A stretch of DNA of 24,810 bases from Macrostomum lignano. Lineage: Eukaryota. The translations under genes and the position numbers were made by a program. Below are positions 1 to 10,490 of this stretch, piece by piece (the stretch's first letter is position 1; each line of letters starts with the position of its first letter). Location of the stretch: assembly GCA_002269645.1 (NCBI GenBank), contig NIVC01004008.1, forward strand, positions 1 to 24,810. Direction: 5' to 3'. Below the pieces are notes generated by a model, which saw only the letters and a program-made list of their open reading frames with translations, was not told where the DNA came from and did not search any database.

Positions 1-97
1 TCTTAAGGTATTCGCGGTTGAATTTGAAAATCTCTGGAAAAAATAAAAGTTTCTATACATTTGACAGTCCATTTTGATCCTTTTTTACTCACAACAG

Positions 98-347
98 GGC
101 CAAAACCACGCTCTCAATCACTCAATCGCGCTTCACAACGTCGATCTGCACCAGTGCCTGGAGGACGAGCTGAATCCCAAGCTGAACGTGTTCCACAATG
201 ACAGCCTGTGCAAACGAGTACACGACATTGTTCGTCAGAGCTTCCTGCAGCTCAGGGTTTATCCAAAGACGCTCACGGTGCGACAGCTGTTTGAAGAGAG
301 GAGCTACGAGCTGGTCAATTTGTTTTCCGATCTCGGTGGCATCATGG
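98..347 (+). CDS. DEG/ENaC (amiloride-sensitive Na+ channel family) exon: end of extracellular domain and pre-TM2
   Basis: Acceptor ttttttactcacaacag|GGC at 97/98 and donor ATC ATG G|gtgagt at 347/348. Translation ends SFLQLRVYPKTLTVRQLFEERSYELVNLFSDLGGIMG, matching the family pre-TM2 signature (xDxGG). A donor AAG|gtattc at 7/8 suggests the previous exon ends at the window start. Confidence 0.9.
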
Positions 348-423
348 GTGAGTCTGGGGTAACTTTGCAGGAAAGCCAATTTTCTACGAGTATTAGCATA
401 GCCTGTCTGAACACAACCCACAG

Positions 424-512
424 GACTATGGATCGGTGTTTCTATGGTCACCCTGTGCGAATTCGCCGAGATATTACTCATAGTAGTTTCCTACTACATG
501 CGCTCGCATTGA
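424..512 (+). CDS. DEG/ENaC TM2 exon, as sequenced ending at TGA 510-512
   Basis: A 76-nt intron (348-423) ends caacccacag|GA. The phase-1 join gives GLWIGVSMVTLCEFAEILLIVVSYYMRSH*, with the G-x-S selectivity filter (GVS) and a hydrophobic TM2. Confidence 0.88.
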
Positions 513-553
513 GGAAGATGAGCCGCCTAGCCGGGGCGTCACCATCGAACTAA

Positions 554-1183
554 AAATGGAGCAGCCTCAGAAGAGGTCGCAGCCGAGGCAGATCCGAGGC
601 AGCTCCTGGGAACCACTGCGACCCGCACGACAGCCCCGAGCGGGCAACCAACGACCCGGCTCGGCTCGCCCTGTTGGCCAGCAGCCGAAAGCTCGGTAAC
701 CACTTTGACCACAGCAGCAACCCGAATGTCTATCAGCAGCCCCGGCTGCAAGAGTCGCACCAGTGGCGGCGGCAGAGGCGCGACTTTGAGAACAGCTCAG
801 CAGGGAACCCCTGGACAGAGCTTCAGTCACCGCTACTTGCCGCCTCACCGCTTCCCGACGCGTCAACTATGCCGCTGATGTCGCCCACTGCAGCACCTCC
901 GCAGCCGCTACCAGCAGACAGCTTGGGCCACACTGGATGTGCCTACGGCAACCGGTTCGATGGCAGCAACTGTGACGCCGGAATGATCTCCGCCCAGGCA
1001 GCGGAGTCGCCGCCCCCTCCGCCGCGGCCTACGTCGCCGCTGCTGCCAGTACCGATGCCAGGTTCGAAAGTGATGCAACAGCGACCGCCAGGGCGACGTC
1101 GGGCAAAGCGCCCAGGTGACGGAGTCGCCGAAGACGGTGGGCCGACATGTGCGGTACTGTACAACCGGGAAACTCAGCTGTAA
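554..1183 (+). CDS. Probable cytoplasmic C-terminal tail of the DEG/ENaC channel, out of frame with TM2 as sequenced
   Basis: GC-rich open frame from 554 to TAA 1181-1183. It is Pro-rich (SPPPPPRPTSP) and ends NRETQL*, a class I PDZ-type motif. Joining it to TM2 needs frame correction. Confidence 0.5.
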   Translation, partial: KWSSLRRGRSRGRSEAAPGNHCDPHDSPERATNDPARLALLASSRKLGNHFDHSSNPNVYQQPRLQESHQWRRQRRDFENSSAGNPWTELQSPLLAASPLPDASTMPLMSPTAAPPQPLPADSLGHTGCAYGNRFDGSNCDAGMISAQAAESPPPPPRPTSPLLPVPMPGSKVMQQRPPGRRRAKRPGDGVAEDGGPTCAVLYNRETQL

Positions 1184-1429
1184 TCCAGTGAATTGACGAC
1201 CAATTTTCACTACCAAACCTCCGCTGAGTGCATTTGAGAACTGGCTTTGCATCAGAAGGGTACACGATTCACGGGGCTTGTTAGTAACTAAGGGTTTGTT
1301 TTCAGCTTGCTTGTGCTTCAATTTTAGGTATCGTACGAGCGTGCACGGGTGTCGTGTGTCTTGCCTTTCAAACTTTTTTGTCAAGAGTATATTCGGATCT
1401 TGATTCATAATGCCCAAGTGATAGACCAT

Positions 1430-1757
1430 CAGTCCCATCCTCTCCAGTCCTCTGGTGAGAGAACACCAGTCCCAGCCTCCCCAGTCCTCTGGTGAGAGAA
1501 CACCAGTCCCATCATCCCCAGCCCTCAGGTGAGAGACCAACAGTCCCATCATCTCCAGCCCTCAGGTGAGAGACCAACAGTCCCATCATCCCCAGCCCTC
1601 AGGTGAGAGAACACCAGTCCCATCATCCCCAGCCCTCAGGTGAGAGACCAACAGTCCCATCCTCCCCAGCCCTCAGGTGAGAGACCAACAGTCCCATCAT
1701 CCCCAGCCCTCAGGTGAGAGAACACCAGTCCCATCATCCCCAGCCCTCAGGTGAGAA
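1430..1757. repeat. 37-bp minisatellite, about 9 copies (CAGTCCCATCATCCCCAGCCCTCAGGTGAGAGACCAA)
   Basis: Unit starts at 1430, 1467, 1504, 1541 and so on, with a period of 37. Confidence 0.95.
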
Positions 1758-2544
1758 CCCCAACAATAACAGAATACCCAGTTAGCGTCACAGGGCGCGT
1801 CTCAAGGCCAGGTCGCGAACGAACGCCACGCCGCCCACCGAGAGAACTGATAACCCCAGACCCCAGACAAAAGGCAAAATGAATAACCGAAATTTATTAC
1901 TGCTCGTATTTCTTTCACGGTTTTTTATCTGGTTTTAATTGGTAGCTCGTACACTCGATTTGTATTTTTGCCATTTAGTAGTTGCGCCTCAGTGCAGTGT
2001 CTGACACATTGGCTCAGCTTCCAGTAACGTGACCTATCAAACAATGAAAACCATATTGTACGCCAGCTTTCACTTTGTACTTTGAATATTTTGCTTGATT
2101 GCTAAGCCTCATGCATAAAGCAATTCAATTTCCCCAGAGCTCAAACTTAGCTACGGATGAATGATCGCCTAGAATCTTGTGTCATCTCGAGCATGCTTTG
2201 TAACTGCGTTGAACAACTTTGAACAAAAACACTTGGCAATAAAAATGGCGTTTAGCAACATTGCGTGAACAGAAAGTCAAGCGTCAAAGGAGGATGTGTT
2301 TGTACCTAAATTGCACGACTCCTGTGCTATTCTAGAATTTTTTAGGAAATACCCCAAAGCTGCAGGTGGTGGTACAATATTGGTTTGGCTAGATACATAG
2401 TACGGTTAATGTTTAGGCAGGCATTGCAGGGGCCTGTTGTGAAAATATTGACAATTGAATTAGCAGACCTGAGCAAAATAAAATCAGTTAAATAGTTCGA
2501 ATACAATTATTTATTATACATGACACTATTATGACCCAACCACC

Positions 2545-3055
2545 GCTTCAAAGGCCCCATCGCTTTTCAAGGAACCCCACCGCTTCTCGCGGAACCCCCG
2601 TTTCTCAAGGAACCCCCACTTCTCATGAAACCCCCCGGCTTCTCATGGGATGGAACCCTCGTTTCTCAAGGAACCCCCGCTTTTCATGGAACCAACCGCT
2701 TTTCAAGAAACCCCACCGTTTCACATGGAAACCCCGCTTCTCAAGGAACCCGGCCGCTTCTCACGGAACCTCCCCTTCTCATGGAACCAACCACTTCTCA
2801 TGGAACCAACCGCTTCTCATGGAACCCCCGCTTCACATGGAAACCCCGCTTCTCAAGGAACCTCCCCTTCTCATGGAACCAACCGCTTCTCATGGAACCT
2901 CCGTTTCTCATGGAACCCCCGCTTCTCATGGAACCCCCGTTTGTCATGGAACCAACCGCTTTTCAAGAAACCCCACCGCTTCTCAAGGAACCCCCGCTTC
3001 TCACGGAACCCCCCGATTCTCATGGAATGCCCCGCTTCTCATAGAACCCCTCGCT
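2545..3055. repeat. Degenerate 18-bp minisatellite (TTCTCATGGAACCCCCGC), about 28 copies
   Basis: Recurrent CATGGAACC/CAAGGAACC core. It explains the three overlapping ORFs at 2531-3073. Confidence 0.9.
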
Positions 3056-3364
3056 TTGATCATTGAGCCTTGAACCGCCTCTTTAACACTAGTGTGCAGC
3101 TATTCAAAGAGACATGCCACATGGCTGGAGTTGGTTTCGATGCTTACACAGCGAGCAAATAGCAAGCAGGATCCCGTCTGTTAAGATTCGATAGATTGCT
3201 TGCACAGAAGACGGTCAGAAGACTGAAAAGTCGAAACGAATGTGCAATTTTCGACTATTTTGCACACAGAGAATGCAACAGTGAAAGAACAAGCCGTTGC
3301 GTATTTCAAAACCCGTAATCTGCACAAGGAAGATTACTAGCCAATCGCAGGCCCATAGGCGGCC

Positions 3365-3437
3365 GCCTCTGTAGCTCAGTGGCTAGAGCACTGGTCTAGT
3401 AAACCAGGGGTCGGGAGTTCGATCCTCCCCAGAGGCT
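3365..3437 (+). tRNA. tRNA-Thr: tRNA-Thr, anticodon AGT
   Basis: 73-nt cloverleaf: acceptor GCCTCTG/CAGAGGC, anticodon arm CTGGT-CTAGTAA-ACCAG, T arm GGGAG-TTCGATC-CTCCC. Internal A and B boxes are intact and an oligo-T follows. Confidence 0.97.
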
Positions 3438-3440
3438 GAA

Positions 3441-3448
3441 TTTTTTTA
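3441..3448 (+). terminator. Pol III oligo-T terminator of tRNA-Thr(AGT)
   Basis: T run starting a few nt after the discriminator base. Confidence 0.8.
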
Positions 3449-3678
3449 TAAATTTAAATGATTTTTCTTTTTTTAAATTATAACTTTGTGTTGTTTAAAA
3501 CTGAAATTAATATTCATTAGAATTATAAAATGCTACTACAAATTGCCTTCGGCCGATAGAGTTTGTCAATAAGTTATTGCAGTGCAGGTACCTACAGTTC
3601 ATTCAATATCCTTGAATTTCTTCATTACGTCGAGTGGTAGGAATTTAATTAAAACAAAGTAAAAAGGGTAAAAGCGGC

Positions 3679-3751
3679 TGCCCCCAGGGAGGATCGAACT
3701 CCCGACCCCTGGTTTACAAGACCAGTGCTCTAGCCACTGAGCTATGGAGGC
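3679..3751 (-). tRNA. tRNA-Thr: tRNA-Thr, anticodon TGT
   Basis: Reverse complement is GCCTCCATAGCTCAGTGGCTAGAGCACTGGTCTTGTAAACCAGGGGTCGGGAGTTCGATCCTCCCTGGGGGCA, a 73-nt cloverleaf. T runs follow on the minus strand (A runs at 3670-3673 and 3661-3665). Confidence 0.97.
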
Positions 3752-4843
3752 TCCATTGAGCAGAGATCTGTAAGGATATAGTTAAGCTACTCCGCCATAC
3801 CGGGCTTCATGAAAAATCAATGAGCACAATGGGGGAACCGTACGACCTAACTCCAGGCACGCCAGCTGTGGCACACTCGTGCAACGCTTTGGAAGACAAG
3901 TTTTGGTGATTGTAATGGGCTTGCACTGTTGCACAGTTCACTCGCTCCAAGGATTAGCTATAAACTGTTTTTATTTCTTTTAATTCACTTCAGCGATATG
4001 TATAGATATATATTTTAATTTGGCAAACGTCGATCAATTAAACTAAAATCAGATATTGATATATTGTCTACTACATAAAAATATTATATATTATTTGCCA
4101 TTTTTTGCCAAATCGATTGTATATGCAGTGGTACATGTAAATCGAAAGCAAAGTACAGCAGTTTTAGTTGGACTGTTGCATATAGGAATAGGAATATTGC
4201 ATATGTAACTCCCTGGTTAGGAATATTCTAGAATTGCATTGGAAAACACCCACTCAGATTGCATTCAAGGACCATTCGAGTATTGTTGGGTTCCTGCGAA
4301 AAGTATTAACCACTATACCGATACTCCAGCGATCTTTGATTGCATTTACGCAAACGAAATAGAATAATCCTCGCAGCAATTCAGTTTATATTAGTCTGTG
4401 ATCCCGTCGATCGCATCAGTATCATCGAATCGGTCGAACTTTATGGAATTATTCGAACTTCACACGAAGATTTGTGTACAGCATTCAGAGGGATCAACTG
4501 TTTATGTGATAAGCCCACCATGTGTTGGGACTTTTTTGCCTGGCGGTAAAACGCAGCAGCGGCTAGCGCACATAAATTTACGACAATACTCTAGTTCTAT
4601 CGAAAAAGCAGAGGAAAAAACCTAGTTAATGAAAAATATGAGTCTTAGCAGAAAACTTAACAATATAATCAAGAAATTGCGAATGTTTTTTATTTTGTTT
4701 TAATGCTCTATCAAGACATTTTTATTATCGCGGCGCAGAATTTAACTTTACCTCCCTAGGCAGGGTCGGATTGGGAATTCGAAGTATCAGTTCAAATAAG
4801 CAGAGTTCTTCCTAACTTATACAAACTCTAACCCTCACTTAAA

Positions 4844-5016
4844 ATGTCTGAGGTGTCTGAAGAAAAAATTAAGTCTTTGAATTCAGTATCAATGCCATAT
4901 ATCGACACAAACTGTGATCTGGATGAAACTGTATCTACAACAGATTCGGAACGACCCACCTCATTTAATGAACGCTTGTGCAAAAATATCGACCTTGGAA
5001 TGAATATGGACAACAA
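4844..5016 (+). CDS. hnRNP A/B/D (squid/hrp40-like) gene, coding exon 1
   Basis: ATG at 4844 opens MSEVSEEKIK...GMNMDN, with donor AA|gtaaaa in phase 2 matching the next exon (NK|KLFVGGL). Confidence 0.7.
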
Positions 5017-5349
5017 GTAAAATATTGTTTTTACTTTTAATAATTGAAATATTAATTAATGATAATAGTTGTTATTTAATAATGCTAATATGAGAATTAT
5101 GGCTCCCATTAGTATAAATAATCTAAATATCTAAAATATCAAAGAATGCGAAAATTAGATTATAAATAGTTTTAAAGTTTTAAAAAACTTACCATCTTTT
5201 AAAAATTCTGCAGTTTTTTAAAAAGATAAAAATGAAACCTTCAGGTCTTTCTAAATTAAGGTTATGAATAATATTGAGGCTATCTGGCTGATTAACAAAT
5301 ATCAAAATGGCATTGAATAAAAGCTTTACTTTTCTCTTACCTGTTTCAG

Positions 5350-5390
5350 AAAGCTTTTTGTTGGTGGCCTCAGTTGGGAAACTACTGAAA
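5350..5390 (+). CDS. hnRNP A/B/D-like gene, exon 2 (41 nt, RNP2 of RRM1)
   Basis: ctgtttcag|A AAG CTT TTT GTT GGT GGC CTC AGT TGG GAA ACT ACT GAA A|gtaagt encodes KLFVGGLSWETTE, the hnRNP A/B/D signature. Confidence 0.92.
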
Positions 5391-6042
5391 GTAAGTGGTG
5401 TTTATTGTTCGGTTCAGTTATGCATTTAATTTGCACAAAAAGCATGAAAAAAACAGAATTAATTTATATTTCACTAAAAGCTACTTTGCACAGTCAACAT
5501 TTTTACCCCTCGCTTCAAATTCAAATCTCTTTTATTCCATTATTTTAGTTTTTTAGATACAAGTTTTTAGAGTTTTACATGAACACTGTGTGGTCACGGC
5601 TCACTGTGTGATCATGGTCAGGTGTCGTATTTTCAAGTCGTATTTTCGATTCGGTGGTTATTCGAGTAAATTTCTGTGTGTGTCGTGTTGTGTTTCTCTT
5701 ATCTGCTTCTATTCGTTTGACCCTGGAATCAATGCGTCAATGTCAACTGTCCTTTGGCGTGTCATCCGTCCCAAGACACAAGATGCAAACAAAATATACT
5801 ATGAAAAGGATTGAATGCGCGCCCAAATTCTCGCATTGGTTGCTCCACAGACACCCCATTTGGTCCCGAAATGACATTAAAAAGCAAGCCTTCTATAGCT
5901 TGATTCTCCCGCTAAGAATTAAACTTCTTTGCTCCTGGGCTCAATTCGGTGGGAAAATGCTACCTGATTTTCAAACATATTTAACGTTGATAGATGAGTC
6001 CTTTTTACAATTTCAATAATTTAAAAAATGTACCTCCTTTAG

Positions 6043-6329
6043 GCTTGATGAAAGACTACTTTTCGCAGTTCGGGGCGGTGCGCACCTGTACAATCAAGGT
6101 AGACAAAGCCACGGGTCATTCCCGCGGCTTCGGTTTCGTCATATTCGACAATGAGTCCGATTTGGACGCCGTTCTGTCCCAGTCGGAGCACTGGCTCTGC
6201 AACAAGCGAATCGATCCGAAGCGGGCAAAGCCTAGCAAACAGGAGCCAGCCAGGAAGGTGTTTGTAGGCGGCCTCGATCCCGACTTTCCCGAGGACGGCA
6301 TCAAGGCATACTTTCGCCAGTTTGGAAAG
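6043..6329 (+). CDS. hnRNP A/B/D-like gene, exon 3 (rest of RRM1, start of RRM2)
   Basis: cctttag|GC acceptor; LMKDYFSQFG...RGFGFVIF (RNP1)...IDPKRAK...KVFVGGLDPD...YFRQFGK|gtgaac. Confidence 0.93.
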
Positions 6330-6381
6330 GTGAACTGTCCGTTTATCGCAATGTGCTTTCACTGATTTATGACCTTTTTTA

Positions 6382-7065
6382 GTGGCTGGCCAAGGTACTC
6401 TGCAGTGTGGAGTTAGAAGTCAGATGGGTGTTGCTGGCCAATGTACACTGCAGTGTGGAGTTAGAAGTCAGATGGGTGTTGCTGGCCAATGTACACTGCA
6501 GTGTGGAGTTAGAAGTCATATTGGTGTGGCTGGCCAATGTACACTGCAGCCTGGAGTTAGAAGTCAGATTGGTGTGTCTGGCCAATGTACACTGCAGCCT
6601 GGAGTTAGAAGTTAGAGGGTGTGGCTGGCCAATGTACACTGCAGCCTGGAGTTAGAAGTCAGATTGGTGTGGCTGGCCAATGTACACTGCAGCCTGGAGT
6701 TAGAAGTTAGAGGGGTGTGGCTGGCCAATGTACTCTGCAGTGTGGAGTTAGAAGTCAGAACGGTGTGGCTGGCCAATGTACACTGCAGTGTGGAGTTAGA
6801 AGTTAGAGGGGTGTGGCTGGCCAATGTACACTGTAGTGTGGAGTTAGAACTCAGATTGGTGTGGCTGGCCAATGTACACTGTAGTGTGGAGTTAGAAGTT
6901 AGAGGGTGTTGCTGGCCAATGTACTCTGCAGTGTGGAGAATGGTGTGGCTGGCCAATGTACACTGTAGTGTGGAGTTAAAAGTCAGAGGGGTGTAGCTGG
7001 CCCAAGGACCACTAGCTTACTGCTAGATATATACTGCTAGTGGTCCTTGGGCTGGCCAATGTACA
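6382..7065. repeat. 48-bp minisatellite, about 13 copies, in hnRNP intron 3 (GTGGCTGGCCAATGTACACTGCAGTGTGGAGTTAGAAGTCAGATTGGT)
   Basis: GGCC anchors at 6388, 6436, 6484, 6532, 6580 and onward; period 47-48 with one 37-bp truncated unit. Confidence 0.95.
7003..7049. mobile_element. 47-bp mini inverted-repeat element (hAT-like MITE candidate) in the last 48-bp unit
   Basis: Perfect 14-bp terminal inverted repeats CAAGGACCACTAGC (7003-7016) and GCTAGTGGTCCTTG (7036-7049). The 8-bp flanks are AGCTGGCC and GGCTGGCC (7/8 identical). Confidence 0.5.
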
Positions 7066-7212
7066 GTGTAGGCACAGTCTGGGTAGAAAAGACGGGTAAA
7101 GTTTTTTGATTGTCATGTGCACAATATTTCGGTCATAATGGTTGATCCGTAATGGTTGAAAGTAATATACGAGTATGCAGTGAACTAGTTAAAACACCAC
7201 CTTTATTCTCAG

Positions 7213-7344
7213 ATTTTGGCAATCGACCTACCAATCGACAGTCAACGTCATCGTCGCAAGGCCTTCATTTTTGTGACCTACGCGTCCGAGGCCGAGGCTC
7301 GGAAGGCGGCCCACACCGAGAAGCAGCTGATCGGGGATAAATGG
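7213..7344 (+). CDS. hnRNP A/B/D-like gene, exon 4 (RRM2 RNP1)
   Basis: ctttattctcag|ILAIDLPIDSQRHRRKAFIFVTYASEAEARKAAHTEKQLIGDKW|gtaagg; 132 nt, phase 0/0. Confidence 0.92.
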
Positions 7345-8131
7345 GTAAGGAAGTTCTGCCTCGTTTCTGACGTAATTTGACTGGCATGAATGATCGGGCC
7401 GGGTGGAGGGGGCTGAGCAGCCAAGTGCTCGGGCAAGACTCCGGAGCAATTTCGGAGACCGCTATGCGAGCAGATCGGGCGTTGGCTGCCCAGCTCTCTC
7501 GCTCACTCCTTCCCCATCGCGCATCATGCCGCCCCAGCCCGCCTGCCTGAGGGAATTGGCGTTGATGATGATGATGAAGTCGGGTTCGCGCAGCCGCCAC
7601 ATCCAGCCAGCCGCGACCAGCAGGAGCTGCCGGTGTGCAGTAGGAAAAAGTTTTTTTATTATTGGAAGACTTTCAGTCAGCCGCCCCCCCCACAACATTT
7701 CTGAGGCGGTGCAACGTTGCCGCGGTCCTGGTGAAGTCTCTCCCCTCGCTTCTCCCAGGCCGCCCGAGCCGCCAGTTCCCCCCCCCCCACTTTTCCAATC
7801 CTCAATTAGGAGGCGCTGACACACTCTGGGAAATCCCTTTTTTATGACCCTCGATTCCTTTCTCGGCAATACTGCAAGTGGCGCTGCTGATGGGATTCTG
7901 TGTGAGTTTTTCCAGTCGTTGGATTGCGCCCGGATGCTGATGGACAAGTGTTCCGCGGCGTGTTGGACAGCAAAGCGTATCAATTTTGCCGGACAGAATT
8001 CTGGATTTTCAGACATTCAAAATGCGAGTTATTATGATGCATAAAATATAGGCAGGGGTTAAAATTTAGGGGCAAGAAAGTCTTCAAGCGATCACTATTA
8101 GCAGAAATAGGCATAAATAGAGATCGATGAA

Positions 8132-10110
8132 GATGGATGGAGATGAGATGGGAATGAACAGAGATGGAGGAGATTGATGGAGATGGATGGAGATGGATGG
8201 AGATGGATGGAGATTGGATAGTGATAGATGGACATGGATGGAGATGGATGGAGATGGATGGAGATGGATGGAGATGGATGGAGATGGATGGAGATGGATG
8301 CATATGGATGCATATGGATGGAGATGGATTGAGATGGAGGAGATGGATGGAGATGGGATGGACATGGATGGAGATGGGATGGAGATGGATGGAGATGGAT
8401 GGAGATGGATGGAGATGGGATGGACATGGATGGAGATGGATGGAGATGGATGCATATGGATGGAGATGGATGGAGATGGATGGAGATGAGATGGGAATGA
8501 ACGGAGATGGAGGAGATGGATGGAGATGGATGGACATGGATGGACATGGATGGGAATGGATGGAGATGGGATGGAGATGGATGGACACTAATGGAGATGG
8601 ATGGAGATGGATGGAGATGGATGGACATGGATGGACATGGATGGAGATGGGATGGACATGGATGGAGATGGGATGGAGATGGATGGAGATGGGATGGAGA
8701 TGGATGGAGATGGGATGGAGATGGGATGGAGATGGATGGACATGGATGGAGATGGGATGGAGATGGATGGACATGGATGGAGATGGATGGAGATGGGATG
8801 GAGATGGATGGAGATGGGATGGAGATGGATGGACATGGATGGACATGGATGGACATGGATGGAGATGGATGGACATGGATGGAGATGGGATGGACATGGA
8901 TGGAGATGGATGGACATGGATGGACATGGATGGAGATGGATGGACATGGATGGACATGGATGGACATGGATGGAGATGGGATGGACATGGATGGAGATGG
9001 GATGGAGATGGATGGAGATGGGATGGAGATGGATGGAGATGGGATGGAGATGGGATGGAGATGGATGGACATGGATGGAGATGGGATGGAGATGGATGGA
9101 CATGGATGGAGATGGATTGGAGATGGGATGGAGATGGATGGACATGGATGTAGATGGATGGAGATGGGATGGAGATGGATGGACATTAATGGAGATGGAT
9201 GGAGATGGGATGGAGATGGATGGAGATGGATGGGAATGGATTTAGATGGATGGAGATGGAGATGAATGGACATGGATGGGAATGGATAAGCATGGATGAA
9301 GATGGATGGAGATGGATGGAGATGGATGGATATGGATGGAGATGGATGGATATGGATGGAGATGGATGGATATGGATGGAGATGGATGGATATGGATGGA
9401 GATGGATGGAGATGGATGGAGATGGATTGAGATGGATGGAGATGGATGGAGATGGGATGGATATGGATGGAGATGGATGGAGATGGATGGAGATGGATTG
9501 AGATGGATGGACATGGATGGAGATGGGATGGACATGGATGGAGATGGATGGACATGGATGGACATGGATGGAGATGGATGGACATGGATGGACATGGATG
9601 GACATGGATGGAGATGGATGGACATGGATGGAGATGGGATGGAGATGGATGGAGATGGGATGGAGATGGATGGAGATGGGATGGAGATGGGATGGAGATG
9701 GATGGACATGGATGGAGATGGGATGGAGATGGATGGACATGGATGGAGATGGATTGGAGATGGGATGGAGATGGATGGACATGGATGTAGATGGATGGAG
9801 ATGGGATGGAGATGGATGGACATTAATGGAGATGGATGGAGATGGGATGGAGATGGATGGAGATGGATGGGAATGGATTTAGATGGATGGAGATGGAGAT
9901 GAATGGACATGGATGGGAATGGATAAGCATGGATGAAGATGGATGGAGATGGATGGAGATGGATGGATATGGATGGAGATGGATGGATATGGATGGAGAT
10001 GGATGGATATGGATGGAGATGGATGGATATGGATGGAGATGGATGGAGATGGATGGAGATGGATTGAGATGGATGGATATGGATGGAGATGGATGGAGAT
10101 GGATGGACAA
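8132..10110. repeat. About 2-kb GGAT-based satellite (10-bp GGATGGAGAT/GGATGGACAT units with variants) in hnRNP intron 4
   Basis: Read directly from the sequence. It explains all MEMDGDGW and SIHLHP ORFs. Confidence 0.97.
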
Positions 10111-10149
10111 GGACAAGGAAATGGATAGTCATGGATTTTTTAGTTAGAG

Positions 10150-10490
10150 GCAGGGGCTGCGTGCACCCTGGCGCACTTTAAGCGACATTGTCACAACCGG
10201 CGAGAGGCATTGCTGCCCATTCAGCCGACTCCCCTGAGCACGCACAAGCGCGCGGATACGTACGCAGTCATACGCACAGGCACACACTCACACACACACA
10301 CCCTACCTTTATTTATCGTTAGGCATGTACACTTCACTGTGCCTTTGGGGTTAGCCCTTAATGATGTTAATTGCACGAGCAGAGCCAAGCCGAGATTCCA
10401 ATTTAGCCCCAAAATGAATGTGACTGCACTAGAAATCGAGCCTGGGCCGCTGGTACATCAGAGCGCCGCGCCAGATCACTCGGATTAACA
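10150..10490 (-). mobile_element. Possible degenerate tRNA-derived SINE
   Basis: On the minus strand an A-box-like CCGAGTGATCTGG (10483-10471) is followed about 30 nt later by a B-box-like GGCTCGATTT (10442-10433), then a body with a (GT)n tract. No clear tail or target-site duplication. Confidence 0.3.

Noticed and set aside
2531-3073. Three overlapping 138-180-aa ORFs
   Set aside because: All three frames are open only because of the 18-bp repeat.
6382-7000. Regularly spaced repeats as a possible CRISPR array (also 17289-17702 and 19684-20067)
   Set aside because: Units are head-to-tail with no unique spacers, the context is eukaryotic and intronic, and there are no cas genes.
7980-10147. 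Long ORFs of up to 495 aa ([14 protein letters not shown])
   Set aside because: Pure translation of the GGAT satellite in several frames on both strands, inside an intron.
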